Assembly (NCBI GenBank): GCA_016933215.1
Contig: JAFGBH010000079.1
Coordinates: 7,318 to 71,317, forward strand
Length of the DNA stretch: 64,000 nt
Origin: Deltaproteobacteria bacterium
Lineage (GTDB): Bacteria > Desulfobacterota > Syntrophia > Syntrophales > UBA2210
Direction of reading: 5' to 3'
Shown: positions 30,856-40,085 of the stretch, piece after piece
Position numbering within the stretch: position 1 is the stretch's first letter
How the letters are laid out: the number at the start of each line of letters is the position of its first letter
Program-made: the position numbers and the translations under genes
The notes under the pieces: model-generated
The model's input: the letters and a program-made list of their open reading frames with translations, nothing else
Database searches by the model: none
Told to the model about the DNA's origin: nothing

Positions 30856-32020
30856 CCGCTTCCTTCTTCAGTTCGTCCACCATGTCCGTCTTCTCCCATT
30901 CATAATCGTCCAGAAAGAGGTTTTTCGCCATCTTCCGGTAGATCTTTCCACTCAAAAGATCGAATTTCTCTATCATTCTCTTGGGCGTGAAATCGAAGAC
31001 CTTTTCCATAACCTGGGATAATTTCTTATCCGGCATAATTCCTGTGCCAAAGGTATTGACATAGATCGACATCGGTTTTGCGACACCGATTGCATAGGCG
31101 AGCTGAACGGAACATTTTTTGGCAAGGCCGGCGGCTACGATATTTTTCGCCGCATGGCGTGACCCGAATACGGCTGAACAGTCCACCTTCTCGGGCGACT
31201 TATTGACGATCGATCCGCCACCCAGCTGGGCACCGGGATAGGCCCCGTAAAGCTGGCATACGAGTTTGCGGCCCGTTACACCCGAATCAGCGGCACTGCA
31301 TGAATGCACGGCCTGCCACTCACCGGTGGGATTGAACATGAATTCCGTCTTGTCATCAACCCAGTCTTTCAGGCATTCGAAGGAAAGCTTTTTCGCCATT
31401 TCCTCGGTCTCATTGCTGACAGTGATATACCGGTAGTCGACGGCATTTGACATGAGCACCTTCGCCACACGCAGCGGCTTTCCATTGTCATCGTAATCGA
31501 TGGTAACCTGTCCCTTTCCGTCAGGTGCAAAAACCGGGTTGTCACTGTCTTCAAATATCCTCATCATGTTATTGGCAAGGACATAGGTAAGGGGGAGCAG
31601 CTCGGTTGTCTCGTCGCAGGCAAACCCGTACATGATTCCCTGATCACCGGCCCCTATCTCTTTGTGTTTTCCCAGATCGGCCCGCGTTCCGATATTGATA
31701 TCGGGAGACTGCGGAATAATGGCATTGAAAACGCCCATGGAATGACCGTTGAGACCCACGGCTGCATCATTGTAACCCAGGGATAATACGGTCTGACGAA
31801 TGCTCCGTTCTATATCAACGTAGATTCTTGTCGAAACCTCACCCCCCACAATGCAGAAACCCTTCCCCAGAAATACTTCGATACCGCAATGGGGCATCGT
31901 ATTGACGTCCATTCCGATTTTGTGCTCTCCATCCATGATTTCAGCAATGATATGCGCCGCAATGGTATCAGCCACAACATCCGGATGTCCTACTTTGACC
32001 GCTTCGGCTGTGATTAACAT
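30848..32020 (-). CDS. metK: S-adenosylmethionine synthase (divergent)
   Basis: [29 protein letters not shown] and KVDCSA...[11 protein letters not shown] are present, but several canonical MetK blocks are altered (see findings). Confidence 0.8.
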   Translation of the reverse strand: MLITAEAVKVGHPDVVADTIAAHIIAEIMDGEHKIGMDVNTMPHCGIEVFLGKGFCIVGGEVSTRIYVDIERSIRQTVLSLGYNDAAVGLNGHSMGVFNAIIPQSPDINIGTRADLGKHKEIGAGDQGIMYGFACDETTELLPLTYVLANNMMRIFEDSDNPVFAPDGKGQVTIDYDDNGKPLRVAKVLMSNAVDYRYITVSNETEEMAKKLSFECLKDWVDDKTEFMFNPTGEWQAVHSCSAADSGVTGRKLVCQLYGAYPGAQLGGGSIVNKSPEKVDCSAVFGSRHAAKNIVAAGLAKKCSVQLAYAIGVAKPMSIYVNTFGTGIMPDKKLSQVMEKVFDFTPKRMIEKFDLLSGKIYRKMAKNLFLDDYEWEKTDMVDELKKEAGV

Positions 32021-32046
32021 GTATGCTTCCCTCTCTTCTTATTTGT

Positions 32047-32688
32047 TTATGCTTTTTTATTATTCTTGTTCTTGCCGTTTTTCTTATTGTTGTTCGGGGA
32101 TATAATGCCGCCCGATATGATAAGCGAAAAGGCCTCCTCCACGGACATATCAAGGGGTATGATATCATTTTCAGGTATCATAATGTAGAAGCCGGATGTC
32201 GGATTGGGCGTGGTCGGGACAAAGAGGTTGATATGCTTTTCGGCAGTCTTTTCCTGTACTTCTCCCTGTGAATCGCCGGTTACGAAGGCTATTGAATATA
32301 ATCCCCTGCGGGGATACTCGATAAGAACTGCCTTTCTGAAACTCCGGTGTTTATCACTGAATATGGCATCAACGAGTTGTTTTACACCCTTGTATATGCC
32401 GCTGACAAAGGGAATCTTATCGACAATCCACTCACCAAGCGATACCGCCTTGCGTCCCAGGTAGCTTTTTGTAACGAGGCCGATGATGAATATCAGGATC
32501 AGCGTAATGATGATACCGAGTCCGGGAATATGAAAGCCCAGGAGTTCGTCAGGTTGAAACCTGTGGGGGATAATCTTGACAAGGTTATCCATCGTCCTGA
32601 TGAGAAAGGCGATGATATACAGCGTAACGCCCACGGGAATCATCGCGGCAAAACCCGTCAATAATATGCTTTTAATCTTTTTTCTCAT
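32047..32688 (-). CDS. DUF502 family membrane protein
   Basis: Two TM segments plus ...GEWIVDKIPFVSGIYKGVKQLVDAIFS..., typical of DUF502. Confidence 0.7.
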   Translation of the reverse strand: MRKKIKSILLTGFAAMIPVGVTLYIIAFLIRTMDNLVKIIPHRFQPDELLGFHIPGLGIIITLILIFIIGLVTKSYLGRKAVSLGEWIVDKIPFVSGIYKGVKQLVDAIFSDKHRSFRKAVLIEYPRRGLYSIAFVTGDSQGEVQEKTAEKHINLFVPTTPNPTSGFYIMIPENDIIPLDMSVEEAFSLIISGGIISPNNNKKNGKNKNNKKA

Positions 32689-32767
32689 TGCCTTATAATG
32701 ATACTCCTCTCGTAAAGGAACATGTAATTATCAGAAAGGTCGTGATATTTCAACACATCATTTCATG

Positions 32768-32792
32768 AAAAAGCGGGGCATGAGAGCCCCGC
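32768..32792 (-). terminator. Intrinsic terminator after panD
   Basis: GCGGGGC-ATGAGA-GCCCCGC with a T-run on the minus strand, about 45 nt after the panD stop. Confidence 0.7.
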
Positions 32793-32838
32793 CTGCATGG
32801 ATTTCATATTCAAATACATATCAGAACGATACTGGATA

Positions 32839-33195
32839 TTACTTGATTTTCTTTATACTGTTATTTTCGCCGAGCAATACGCACTTCGCGTTCCAGCCCT
32901 TTGCCTCTTCATCATCCACGGAGACATAGCTGGCTATTATTATGAGGTCGCCCTTTGAGCATTTCCGCGCTGCCGCGCCGTTCAGGCATATGACACCCGA
33001 TTCTCTTTTTCCCGGGATAACATAGGTTGAAAACCTCTCTCCATTCGATACGTTATAAATATGCACTTTCTCGTATGAAATTAAATCCGCCTTTTCCATA
33101 AGATTTTCGTCAATCGTGATACTCCCCTCGTAATGGAGAGACGCATCGGTCACCGTGGCCCTGTGAAGTTTCGATTTCAGCATTATCCTTTGCAT
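32839..33195 (-). CDS. panD: Aspartate 1-decarboxylase
   Basis: [25 protein letters not shown] (Gly-Ser pyruvoyl processing site). Confidence 0.95.
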   Translation of the reverse strand: MQRIMLKSKLHRATVTDASLHYEGSITIDENLMEKADLISYEKVHIYNVSNGERFSTYVIPGKRESGVICLNGAAARKCSKGDLIIIASYVSVDDEEAKGWNAKCVLLGENNSIKKIK

Positions 33196-33213
33196 GGTAT
33201 TTTTATCCTCACC

Positions 33214-34071
33214 TTATATATTAAGATGTTCTCCAAAGACATGGTTGTCTATCAATCTCGGAGAGCCTACCCAAACTGCCAATGCCAGAACAGATTCACT
33301 ATCGAGATACTCACTATCTTCCATTGTCTCCGTATCGCAGATCTTCACATAATCGATCCTGGTATGTGAATGATCATTGATACATCTTCTCACCTCTTTG
33401 ATAATCCTGCCGGCATTACGCTCACCGTTTTCGTACATTTCCTCGGCACGTTTCAGTGATCGGCTCAGACTCAATGCCGACTCTCTCTCATCACCTTTAA
33501 GATAGCTATTCCGCGAACTCATGGCGAGTCCGTCAGGCTCCCGTACCGTCGGCATCCCTATAATTTCGAGATCCATATTCAGATCTTTCACCATCCGTTT
33601 TATGACCGCGAGCTGTTGAAAATCTTTCTTGCCGAAGATCGCTGCGTGGGGTTTCACAATATTGAAGAGCTTTGCGCATACCGTTGCCACACCCCTGAAA
33701 TGTTCGGGCCTCGAGAGTCCACAGAGATTTTCCGTAATCTTCTCAACGTTGACATAGGTGTGATAATTCTCCGGATACATCTCCTGATTTGTGGGATAAA
33801 AGATGACATCACATCCCAACTCCTCTGCCAGTTTCTCGTCACCTTCGAAATCTCTCGGATATTTATCCAGATCTTCGCCCGGTCCAAACTGTGTTGGATT
33901 GACATAAATGCTTATAGCAAGGCAGTCTCCCCTGGATCTTCCCTTCCTCATCAGGCTCAAATGACCTTCATGGAGATACCCCATGGTAGGCACAAAAGCG
34001 ATTTTCTTTCCCTGAAGTCTGAGAGACTCAGAATATTTCTGCATTTCCCCAGCAGTTTCAAATAGTTCCAT
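33214..34071 (-). CDS. panC: Pantoate--beta-alanine ligase
   Basis: VPTMGYLHEGHLSLM HIGH-type motif. ATG at 34071 (MELFETAG), with an alternative TTG at 34080. Confidence 0.95.
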   Translation of the reverse strand: MELFETAGEMQKYSESLRLQGKKIAFVPTMGYLHEGHLSLMRKGRSRGDCLAISIYVNPTQFGPGEDLDKYPRDFEGDEKLAEELGCDVIFYPTNQEMYPENYHTYVNVEKITENLCGLSRPEHFRGVATVCAKLFNIVKPHAAIFGKKDFQQLAVIKRMVKDLNMDLEIIGMPTVREPDGLAMSSRNSYLKGDERESALSLSRSLKRAEEMYENGERNAGRIIKEVRRCINDHSHTRIDYVKICDTETMEDSEYLDSESVLALAVWVGSPRLIDNHVFGEHLNI

Positions 34072-34082
34072 ATTTACCAACG

Positions 34083-34112
34083 AAAAAAGCCTCGCCGTCT
34101 GAGACGGGAGGC
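34083..34112 (-). terminator. Strong terminator-type hairpin immediately upstream of the panC start (possible attenuator)
   Basis: Minus-strand read GCCTCCCGTC-TCA-GACGGCGAGGC (10 bp, one bulge) followed by TTTTTT. It ends 2 to 11 nt before the candidate panC start codons. Confidence 0.6.
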
Positions 34113-34301
34113 CCTTAATTTCACAATCTTTACAACCATCCGTCCCAGTCCGTTACCGGATCCAGGCGGTTTTTTTTCGCCACCTGCCTAACAGATGAAA
34201 ATCACCTTGTCAAGAAATATATTGCAGAATTATGTCCGTGTAGTCTGGTAAAAAGTCCTGGCATCAGGATTACAGCAGAATCATTGAGGATACTCAACCG
34301 T

Positions 34302-35147
34302 TCAACGGGAGAGCGAAACCTCGACAGCCCGGCTCAGACCGGCGAATTCCTCGACCGTGAGCGTCTCCCCTCTCCTTTTGGGATCGATCCCGAGATCGCC
34401 GGTGATCGAAACCAGATCAATATCGAGGTCCCGGATAAAGGGCGATTCTTTCAGGCTGTTGATGAGGGTTTTTCTCCTCTTCGCAAAGGCCGATCGCACA
34501 ACATTTCGGAAGGTATCATAATCACAGGCCTCGCATAAAGGTCTCTCACGTACATCCATCGTGAGGACCATCGATTCAACCCTCGGTTTCGGGTAAAAAC
34601 AGCTTGCGGGGACCGTCGTTACCTTTGATGGGAGCATATACATTAGGGTCATAACAGAAAGTATGCCGTATTCCCTGCTCCCCGGCGGCGCCATAATCCG
34701 CTCGGCAACTTCCCGTTGAAACATGAGGGTCACCGAGGAAAGAACGTGACGGTATTCAATGAGACGAAAGAGGATCTGCGACGAGATGTTATAGGGTATA
34801 TTTCCGATTACTTTTATCCTGTCTTCGTCCTTCGCGACTGAGGAGAAATCGAAGTCAAGCACGTCCGTCTCAATGATGTGTACATTTTGCCGAGTACCCA
34901 TCTCATGTCGGAGCACCTCCACGATCCTCGAATCTATCTCGAGGGCAATGACACGCCCCGCCTTATCGGCGATACGCCGCGTCATCATGCCCGGTCCCGC
35001 GCCTATCTCAACAACGGTATCGCACGTTTCGATTCGCGCACTATCGACAATCTTGGCCGTTATATTGTTGTCGATCAGAAATGACTGGCCCAGGCTTCTG
35101 GTTGGCTGTATCCCGTATTTCTTAAGTATTTTCAGGGGACTCGACAT
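34302..35147 (-). CDS. rsmA: 16S rRNA (adenine1518/1519-N6)-dimethyltransferase
   Basis: LGQSFLIDNNI and VVEIGAGPGMMT motifs; 281 aa. Confidence 0.95.
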   Translation of the reverse strand: MSSPLKILKKYGIQPTRSLGQSFLIDNNITAKIVDSARIETCDTVVEIGAGPGMMTRRIADKAGRVIALEIDSRIVEVLRHEMGTRQNVHIIETDVLDFDFSSVAKDEDRIKVIGNIPYNISSQILFRLIEYRHVLSSVTLMFQREVAERIMAPPGSREYGILSVMTLMYMLPSKVTTVPASCFYPKPRVESMVLTMDVRERPLCEACDYDTFRNVVRSAFAKRRKTLINSLKESPFIRDLDIDLVSITGDLGIDPKRRGETLTVEEFAGLSRAVEVSLSR

Positions 35148-35592
35148 AGCGCTTTTTTCTTCTCAGGGTAATCACGATTTTATGGGCAATAATATAGGCC
35201 GGCAGGGCTGAGATAAAAGCAAGGGCAATACCGCCAACCAGAAGAGGATAAGCCACTGACCACCCCATATGGAGGATATCCCACGTGTGGTAATCGGAAA
35301 ATACGACTTCTTTCATATTGCTCCCGAGAAGATACTTCCCCAGATGATATTCCGTTACGTAGAGAAAGGGGATCGTGAGGGGATTTCCGATTGCCGTAGC
35401 CCCTAGGACGGAGGCCGTGCAGTTCTGTTTCAGTGCGAGGGCCAGGATGAAAGCAAGCACCGTATGAAAGGGTATGGTTGGCGTTAACCCTACAAAGACC
35501 CCAATAGTGAGACCTATCGCAACCTGCTCCGGATTTCCTTTGAGACTTATAAACCTGCGATAAAACCGTTTGACAACGGCATTCTCTTTCAT
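35122..35592 (-). CDS. DUF2062 family membrane protein
   Basis: ...GNPEQVAIGLTIGVFVGLTPTIPFHTVLAFILA... The start MKENAVVKRF forms an ATGA overlap with the tsaD stop. Confidence 0.65.
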   Translation of the reverse strand: MKENAVVKRFYRRFISLKGNPEQVAIGLTIGVFVGLTPTIPFHTVLAFILALALKQNCTASVLGATAIGNPLTIPFLYVTEYHLGKYLLGSNMKEVVFSDYHTWDILHMGWSVAYPLLVGGIALAFISALPAYIIAHKIVITLRRKKRYVESPENT

Positions 35593-36602
35593 AAATTCTC
35601 CAGCGATTCGAGTGGCCACCGGGAAACAGCATTCATATCATAGGAATGTCTTTCACCATTTCTCAGAAGATTATCACCTACCACAGCAATCATTGCCGCA
35701 TTATCGGTACACAAAACGGGAGGAGGAAGGAAGACCTCCATTCCCTCTTTGCCTGCCTCCTCATAAAATTTCTCCCGCAGTCTCGTATTAGAGGCAACCC
35801 CGCCCGAAACGACGATTCTCGGCACGGAAGATTCTTTCGCAGCATTCAGTGTCTTTTCCACCAGCACTTCGACAATTGCATCCTGATAACTTGCCACGAT
35901 ATGGGGAACTTCATCTTCCCTGATGGGGGGTTCTCTCTTTTTTATATAGTATAAAAGAGCCGTCTTAAGACCACTGAAGCTGAAATCGAGACTTCCTCTC
36001 ATTGCCTTTGGAAATTTTACATACCCGGGGTTCCCCGCCTGTGCCATCCTGTCTATTACCACTCCCCCGGGATAGCCGAGATCGAGCATCTTGGCCGCCT
36101 TGTCAAAGGCCTCTCCCGCCGCATCATCCCTCGTCTGTCCCATGAGTACAAAATTATCAAAGCCCTTTGCAAGATAAATATTCGTATGCCCTCCGGATAC
36201 CACGAGGGCAATAAAGGGAAATTCCGGCTTCCGCTCCGCGAGAAATATCGCAGATATGTGACCCTCTATATGATTGACGCCGACGAAGGGTATCTTTCTC
36301 GCAAAGGCTATCGACTTTGCCACCGAAAGTCCGATAAGAAGAGAACCGATAAGACCCGGCCCTCTCGTGACGGCGATCCCCTCGATATCCGCGAGAGACA
36401 CCTTTGCGTCATCAAGGGCCTCGGCTATTACCGGCAGGATTGCCTCGATATGCTTTCTCGAGGCAATTTCAGGGACCACGCCCCCGTACTTTCTATGCAC
36501 GTCGATCTGCGAGGCAATGACATTCGACAGAAGCACCGTACCGTCCGAAACCACTGCGGCCGCCGTCTCATCACATGAAGATTCTATTCCCAGTACTACC
36601 AT
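35589..36602 (-). CDS. tsaD: tRNA N6-adenosine threonylcarbamoyltransferase
   Basis: VLGIESSCDETAAAV and HIEGH metal motif; full-length Kae1/TsaD. Confidence 0.95.
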   Translation of the reverse strand: MVVLGIESSCDETAAAVVSDGTVLLSNVIASQIDVHRKYGGVVPEIASRKHIEAILPVIAEALDDAKVSLADIEGIAVTRGPGLIGSLLIGLSVAKSIAFARKIPFVGVNHIEGHISAIFLAERKPEFPFIALVVSGGHTNIYLAKGFDNFVLMGQTRDDAAGEAFDKAAKMLDLGYPGGVVIDRMAQAGNPGYVKFPKAMRGSLDFSFSGLKTALLYYIKKREPPIREDEVPHIVASYQDAIVEVLVEKTLNAAKESSVPRIVVSGGVASNTRLREKFYEEAGKEGMEVFLPPPVLCTDNAAMIAVVGDNLLRNGERHSYDMNAVSRWPLESLENL

Positions 36603-36623
36603 ATCGTTTTGAAGCTCCCCGCA

Positions 36624-36716
36624 ATCCCGACTCGTCGGGATTAAGGAAGATTTTATTTTTTATTCGCTCGCTAACCCCGCTGCAAGCAACGGGGAATGCG
36701 CTCGCTGTTCAGTTCA
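36624..36716. repeat. Family-2 intergenic repeat, copy a (two hairpins)
   Basis: About 93 nt that align over most positions with 46051-46142. Contains ATCCCGA-CTCG-TCGGGAT and CCCCGC-TGCAAGCA-ACGGGG hairpins. Confidence 0.8.
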
Positions 36717-36821
36717 AAACAAGAAATCGGGTTTGTGAAGTCCGAAAACTTGAAGCTTCCAAAAGATTTTAAAAGGGTATATAAGAAAGGCCGCAATTTG
36801 TAAACATATAAGAGGACTGAA

Positions 36822-38429
36822 ATGCATATAAAAACGGATTTTCTTGTACTTGGGAGCGGCATTGCCGGTCTCTGTTTTGCCATTCGGGCCGCAGACCTCG
36901 GAACGGTTGCAATCGTCACAAAAAAGGAAAAGGTTGAGTCAAATACAAATTACGCACAGGGCGGCATCGCCACGGTAACGGCCGGAAGCGACAGTTTCGA
37001 TTTTCACATAAAAGATACCCTTGAATCCGGTGCCGGTCTCTGTAAGGAACCGACTGTCAGAATGGTGGTCACCCAGGGTCCCGATCGTATCAAAGATCTG
37101 ATCGACTGGGGTGTGCATTTTACCCTGAGAGAAGAACCCTACCGAACAGAATTCGATCTGGGAAAAGAAGGGGGGCACAGCCACAGAAGGGTCCTGCATG
37201 CGAAGGATCTCACAGGAAGGGAAATCGAACGGGCCCTCACAGAGAAGGTATCCTCGAAAAAAACCATACAGATTTACGAAAACCACTTTGCCGTCAATCT
37301 CATCTGCGAATCACAGATTCTCGGCAAAAAAGGGGGAAAGAGGGATACCTGTATCGGCGCCTACGTATTCGATATCAGAAACAATGAGGTCCACACCTTT
37401 CAGGCACAATATGTCGTACTCGCCACGGGCGGTGCAGGAAAGGTATATCTGATTACCACCAACCCCGATATCGCGACGGGTGACGGAATCGCCATGGCCT
37501 ACCGCGCCGGTGCGGAAATAAACAACATGGAATTTATTCAGTTTCACCCCACCTGTCTCTACCACCCCGAGGCAAAATCCTTTCTTATAAGCGAGGCGGT
37601 ACGGGGTGAGGGGGCTATCCTCAAGCTGAAAAACGGAACCGCCTTTATGGAAAAGTACCATCCCATGAAGGACCTCGCACCACGCGATGTGGTTGCCCAG
37701 GCAATAGACAGGGAACTCAAAAAGTCGGGAAATGAATGTGTTTTTCTCGATATAACCCACAAAGACAAAGGTTTTCTCAAAAAAAGATTCCCCTACATCT
37801 ATGAGGAATGCCTCAAGTTCGGGATCGACATGGCCGAGGATCCCATACCCGTTGCACCGGCCGCGCACTATCAGTGCGGCGGTGTGGCGATCAACGAGCA
37901 TGGTGAAACGAATATAAACGGGCTTTACGCCTGCGGAGAAGTGGCATGTTCGGGACTTCACGGCGCCAATCGACTTGCCAGCAATTCCCTTCTGGAGGCG
38001 CTCGTGTACGCCCGCAATGCCTTCACAAGGATATCAAAGACATTCGGTGAAAGAAAGGATGCAGGCATCGAAATACCTTCCTGGAACCCCGGAGGTGCCA
38101 CGGAAAGTGACGAATCAATCGTCGTCTCCCATAACTGGGATGAGATACGGATGTGCATGTCGAACTATGTGGGTATCGTGAGATCCGACAAGAGACTCGA
38201 ACGTGCCCGGAGGAGAATTGATGTGATCCAGTCCGAGATAAACGATTACTACTGGGACTTCACCATCACATCGGATCTTCTCGAACTCCGGAATATCGCC
38301 ACGGTAGCGAAACTTATTACGGAATGCGCATGTCTCCGAAAGGAAAGTCGCGGCCTTCATTACAATATCGACTATCCTGAAAGGGACGATAAAAACTGGC
38401 TGAAGGACACGGTTATCAAAAAAGCCTGA
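36822..38429 (+). CDS. nadB: L-aspartate oxidase
   Basis: DFLVLGSGIAGL FAD motif and full-length NadB/succinate dehydrogenase flavoprotein-like sequence. Confidence 0.95.
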   Translation: MHIKTDFLVLGSGIAGLCFAIRAADLGTVAIVTKKEKVESNTNYAQGGIATVTAGSDSFDFHIKDTLESGAGLCKEPTVRMVVTQGPDRIKDLIDWGVHFTLREEPYRTEFDLGKEGGHSHRRVLHAKDLTGREIERALTEKVSSKKTIQIYENHFAVNLICESQILGKKGGKRDTCIGAYVFDIRNNEVHTFQAQYVVLATGGAGKVYLITTNPDIATGDGIAMAYRAGAEINNMEFIQFHPTCLYHPEAKSFLISEAVRGEGAILKLKNGTAFMEKYHPMKDLAPRDVVAQAIDRELKKSGNECVFLDITHKDKGFLKKRFPYIYEECLKFGIDMAEDPIPVAPAAHYQCGGVAINEHGETNINGLYACGEVACSGLHGANRLASNSLLEALVYARNAFTRISKTFGERKDAGIEIPSWNPGGATESDESIVVSHNWDEIRMCMSNYVGIVRSDKRLERARRRIDVIQSEINDYYWDFTITSDLLELRNIATVAKLITECACLRKESRGLHYNIDYPERDDKNWLKDTVIKKA

Positions 38430-38610
38430 CGTACTCCGTTCTGGAAAAATGATATGAACGAAAACCACCCCATTTTTTGCTTTAAAATCTTTTTTTTCTC
38501 ACCCAATTAACTGCCCAGCCCGGCGTTAAAAAATATTACCGAGTTAAATCAGTTAACTACTCGACAGTAATCACTATTATTACACCATGAAATTTTTTTT
38601 AAAAAACCTG

Positions 38611-38640
38611 TTGACAGAATCATAACTCTGAACATATTTT
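38611..38640 (+). promoter_or_regulatory. Sigma70-like promoter of the gcv operon
   Basis: TTGACA-N17/18-(A)TATTTT, about 150 nt upstream of the gcvT ATG. Confidence 0.5.
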
Positions 38641-38789
38641 GACCGGGAGCGCACCTGCAAGACCCGCCTCGTAGGCGGGGTAAGGGGCGCAACATAAAAC
38701 AAACATATTCCTTACCGGGAGGCCCTGCCCTGTGGGCGGGGAGCTTCACTCCCTTTGTTCTATAACTTTACACAAGGCAGGAACGCTCT
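38641..38789 (+). promoter_or_regulatory. Structured GC-rich gcvT leader (glycine riboswitch not confirmed)
   Basis: Two CCGGGAG boxes, each followed by a GC hairpin (ACCCGCC-TCGTA-GGCGGGGT; CCCTGCCC-TGT-GGGCGGGG), plus GGGGCGCAA and CAAGGCAGGAAC elements. These only partly resemble the glycine aptamer consensus blocks. Confidence 0.3.
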
Positions 38790-40085
38790 ATGCAGGACAG
38801 CGCAAAAACGACACCGCTTCACGGGTGGCATGGTAAGGCAGGTGCCAACATGGCTGTCTTCGGCGGTTACGACATGCCCCTCTGGTATCCCACCGGCGCC
38901 AAGCAGGAACATATCGCGGTTCTGACCGGTGCGGGCATATTTGACACGAGTCACATGGCCGCTCTCACCGTCGAAGGACCGGGGTCCTTTGATCTCCTCC
39001 AGCGCTGCTTCACGAAAGATCTCAGCTCATGCATCGGTAAAAACAAAACCCCCATCGAAGACGGGCGGTGCGTCTACGGCATATTTCTGAACCGTGACGG
39101 TACAACCATCGACGATGCCATCGTCTACCGCATGGGAACCACCTCATACATGATCATCGTCAACGCCGGCATGGGAGGTGAAATTGCCGTCCATCTGAAG
39201 ACTCACACAGGCAGCCTGGAAGCGGAGGTTACCGATCTGACAGACCGTCTGGGCAAGATCGATGTTCAGGGACCGCTCGCTGCACGAATACTGCAAGGCG
39301 TCATCAAAAAAAGCGGTGAGGTCTTCCAGAAAATGCCCTACTTCAGCTTCAAGGGACACTTTGATGCCTCATCTCCCCTTTCCGAAGCCGTCCGTCTCAC
39401 CAACGATGCACCCCTTCTCCTTTCGCGTACGGGTTACACGGGCGAGTTCGGCTTTGAACTATTCATGGATGCTTCCCGCCTTGCCGACACATGGGAGATG
39501 ATTCTTGATGCCGGCAGCGATTTCGGCATTACGCCCTGCGGTCTCGCGGCGCGGGATTCATTGAGAGCGGGCGCCGTCCTCCCCCTCTCCCACCAGGACA
39601 TCGGCCACTGGCCCTTTCTCAATAACCCCTGGCTTTTCGCCCTTCCCTACAATGAGGCGAGAACGGATTTTGTAAAGAAATTCCTGGGCGACGAAGCACT
39701 GAGGACCGCAAAGGATGTTCACTACACCTACCCCTTTGCCGGTTATGACCTCCGCAAGGTGTCAACCCATGACTCAGCCCGTGTCTTCGACTCCCTCGGA
39801 AACGAAATCGGAGTGGTGCTGACATGTGCGACAGATATGGCCATCGGTCGTGTGGGCGATAGAATCTTCAGTATTGCAAGCCCGGACAAACCGCAGGACT
39901 TCAAGCCCCGCGGTCTCTCCTGTGGCTTCATAAAGGTAAAATCTAAACTGTTTTCCGGCGATAGTGTGGAGATCAGGGACAGCAGGCGCAGCATCAAGGT
40001 TATGATCGTGGACGACATACGGCCCGACAGAACCGCACGCCGCCCCCTGAAAGATATGGTGTGGAAAAGGGAGGAAGACATATGA
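38790..40085 (+). CDS. gcvT: Glycine cleavage system aminomethyltransferase (T protein, long form)
   Basis: TPLHGWHGKAGANMAVFGGYDMPLWY...GIFDTSHM. Followed by gcvH and gcvP. Confidence 0.9.
   Translation: MQDSAKTTPLHGWHGKAGANMAVFGGYDMPLWYPTGAKQEHIAVLTGAGIFDTSHMAALTVEGPGSFDLLQRCFTKDLSSCIGKNKTPIEDGRCVYGIFLNRDGTTIDDAIVYRMGTTSYMIIVNAGMGGEIAVHLKTHTGSLEAEVTDLTDRLGKIDVQGPLAARILQGVIKKSGEVFQKMPYFSFKGHFDASSPLSEAVRLTNDAPLLLSRTGYTGEFGFELFMDASRLADTWEMILDAGSDFGITPCGLAARDSLRAGAVLPLSHQDIGHWPFLNNPWLFALPYNEARTDFVKKFLGDEALRTAKDVHYTYPFAGYDLRKVSTHDSARVFDSLGNEIGVVLTCATDMAIGRVGDRIFSIASPDKPQDFKPRGLSCGFIKVKSKLFSGDSVEIRDSRRSIKVMIVDDIRPDRTARRPLKDMVWKREEDI

Noticed and set aside
35180-35632. 150-aa ORF in another frame of the DUF2062 gene.
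   Set aside because: The overlapping frame at 35122-35592 gives a coherent TM protein with DUF2062-like motifs and an ATGA coupling to tsaD. The alternative is Arg/Gly/Pro-rich.
36603-36821. Strand switch (minus-strand genes on the left, plus-strand genes on the right) at the tsaD|nadB divergent gap as a replication origin.
   Set aside because: The gap contains no TTATCCACA-like DnaA boxes, and no dnaA or dnaN lies nearby. lptFG already break the strand pattern at 27-29 kb. The gap is largely occupied by the family-2 repeat.
38549-38954. Minus-strand ORFs 38549-38749 and 38760-38954.
   Set aside because: They lie in the gcvT leader and the gcvT 5' end. They are Arg/Pro/Gly-rich products of GC hairpins with no RBS or homology.
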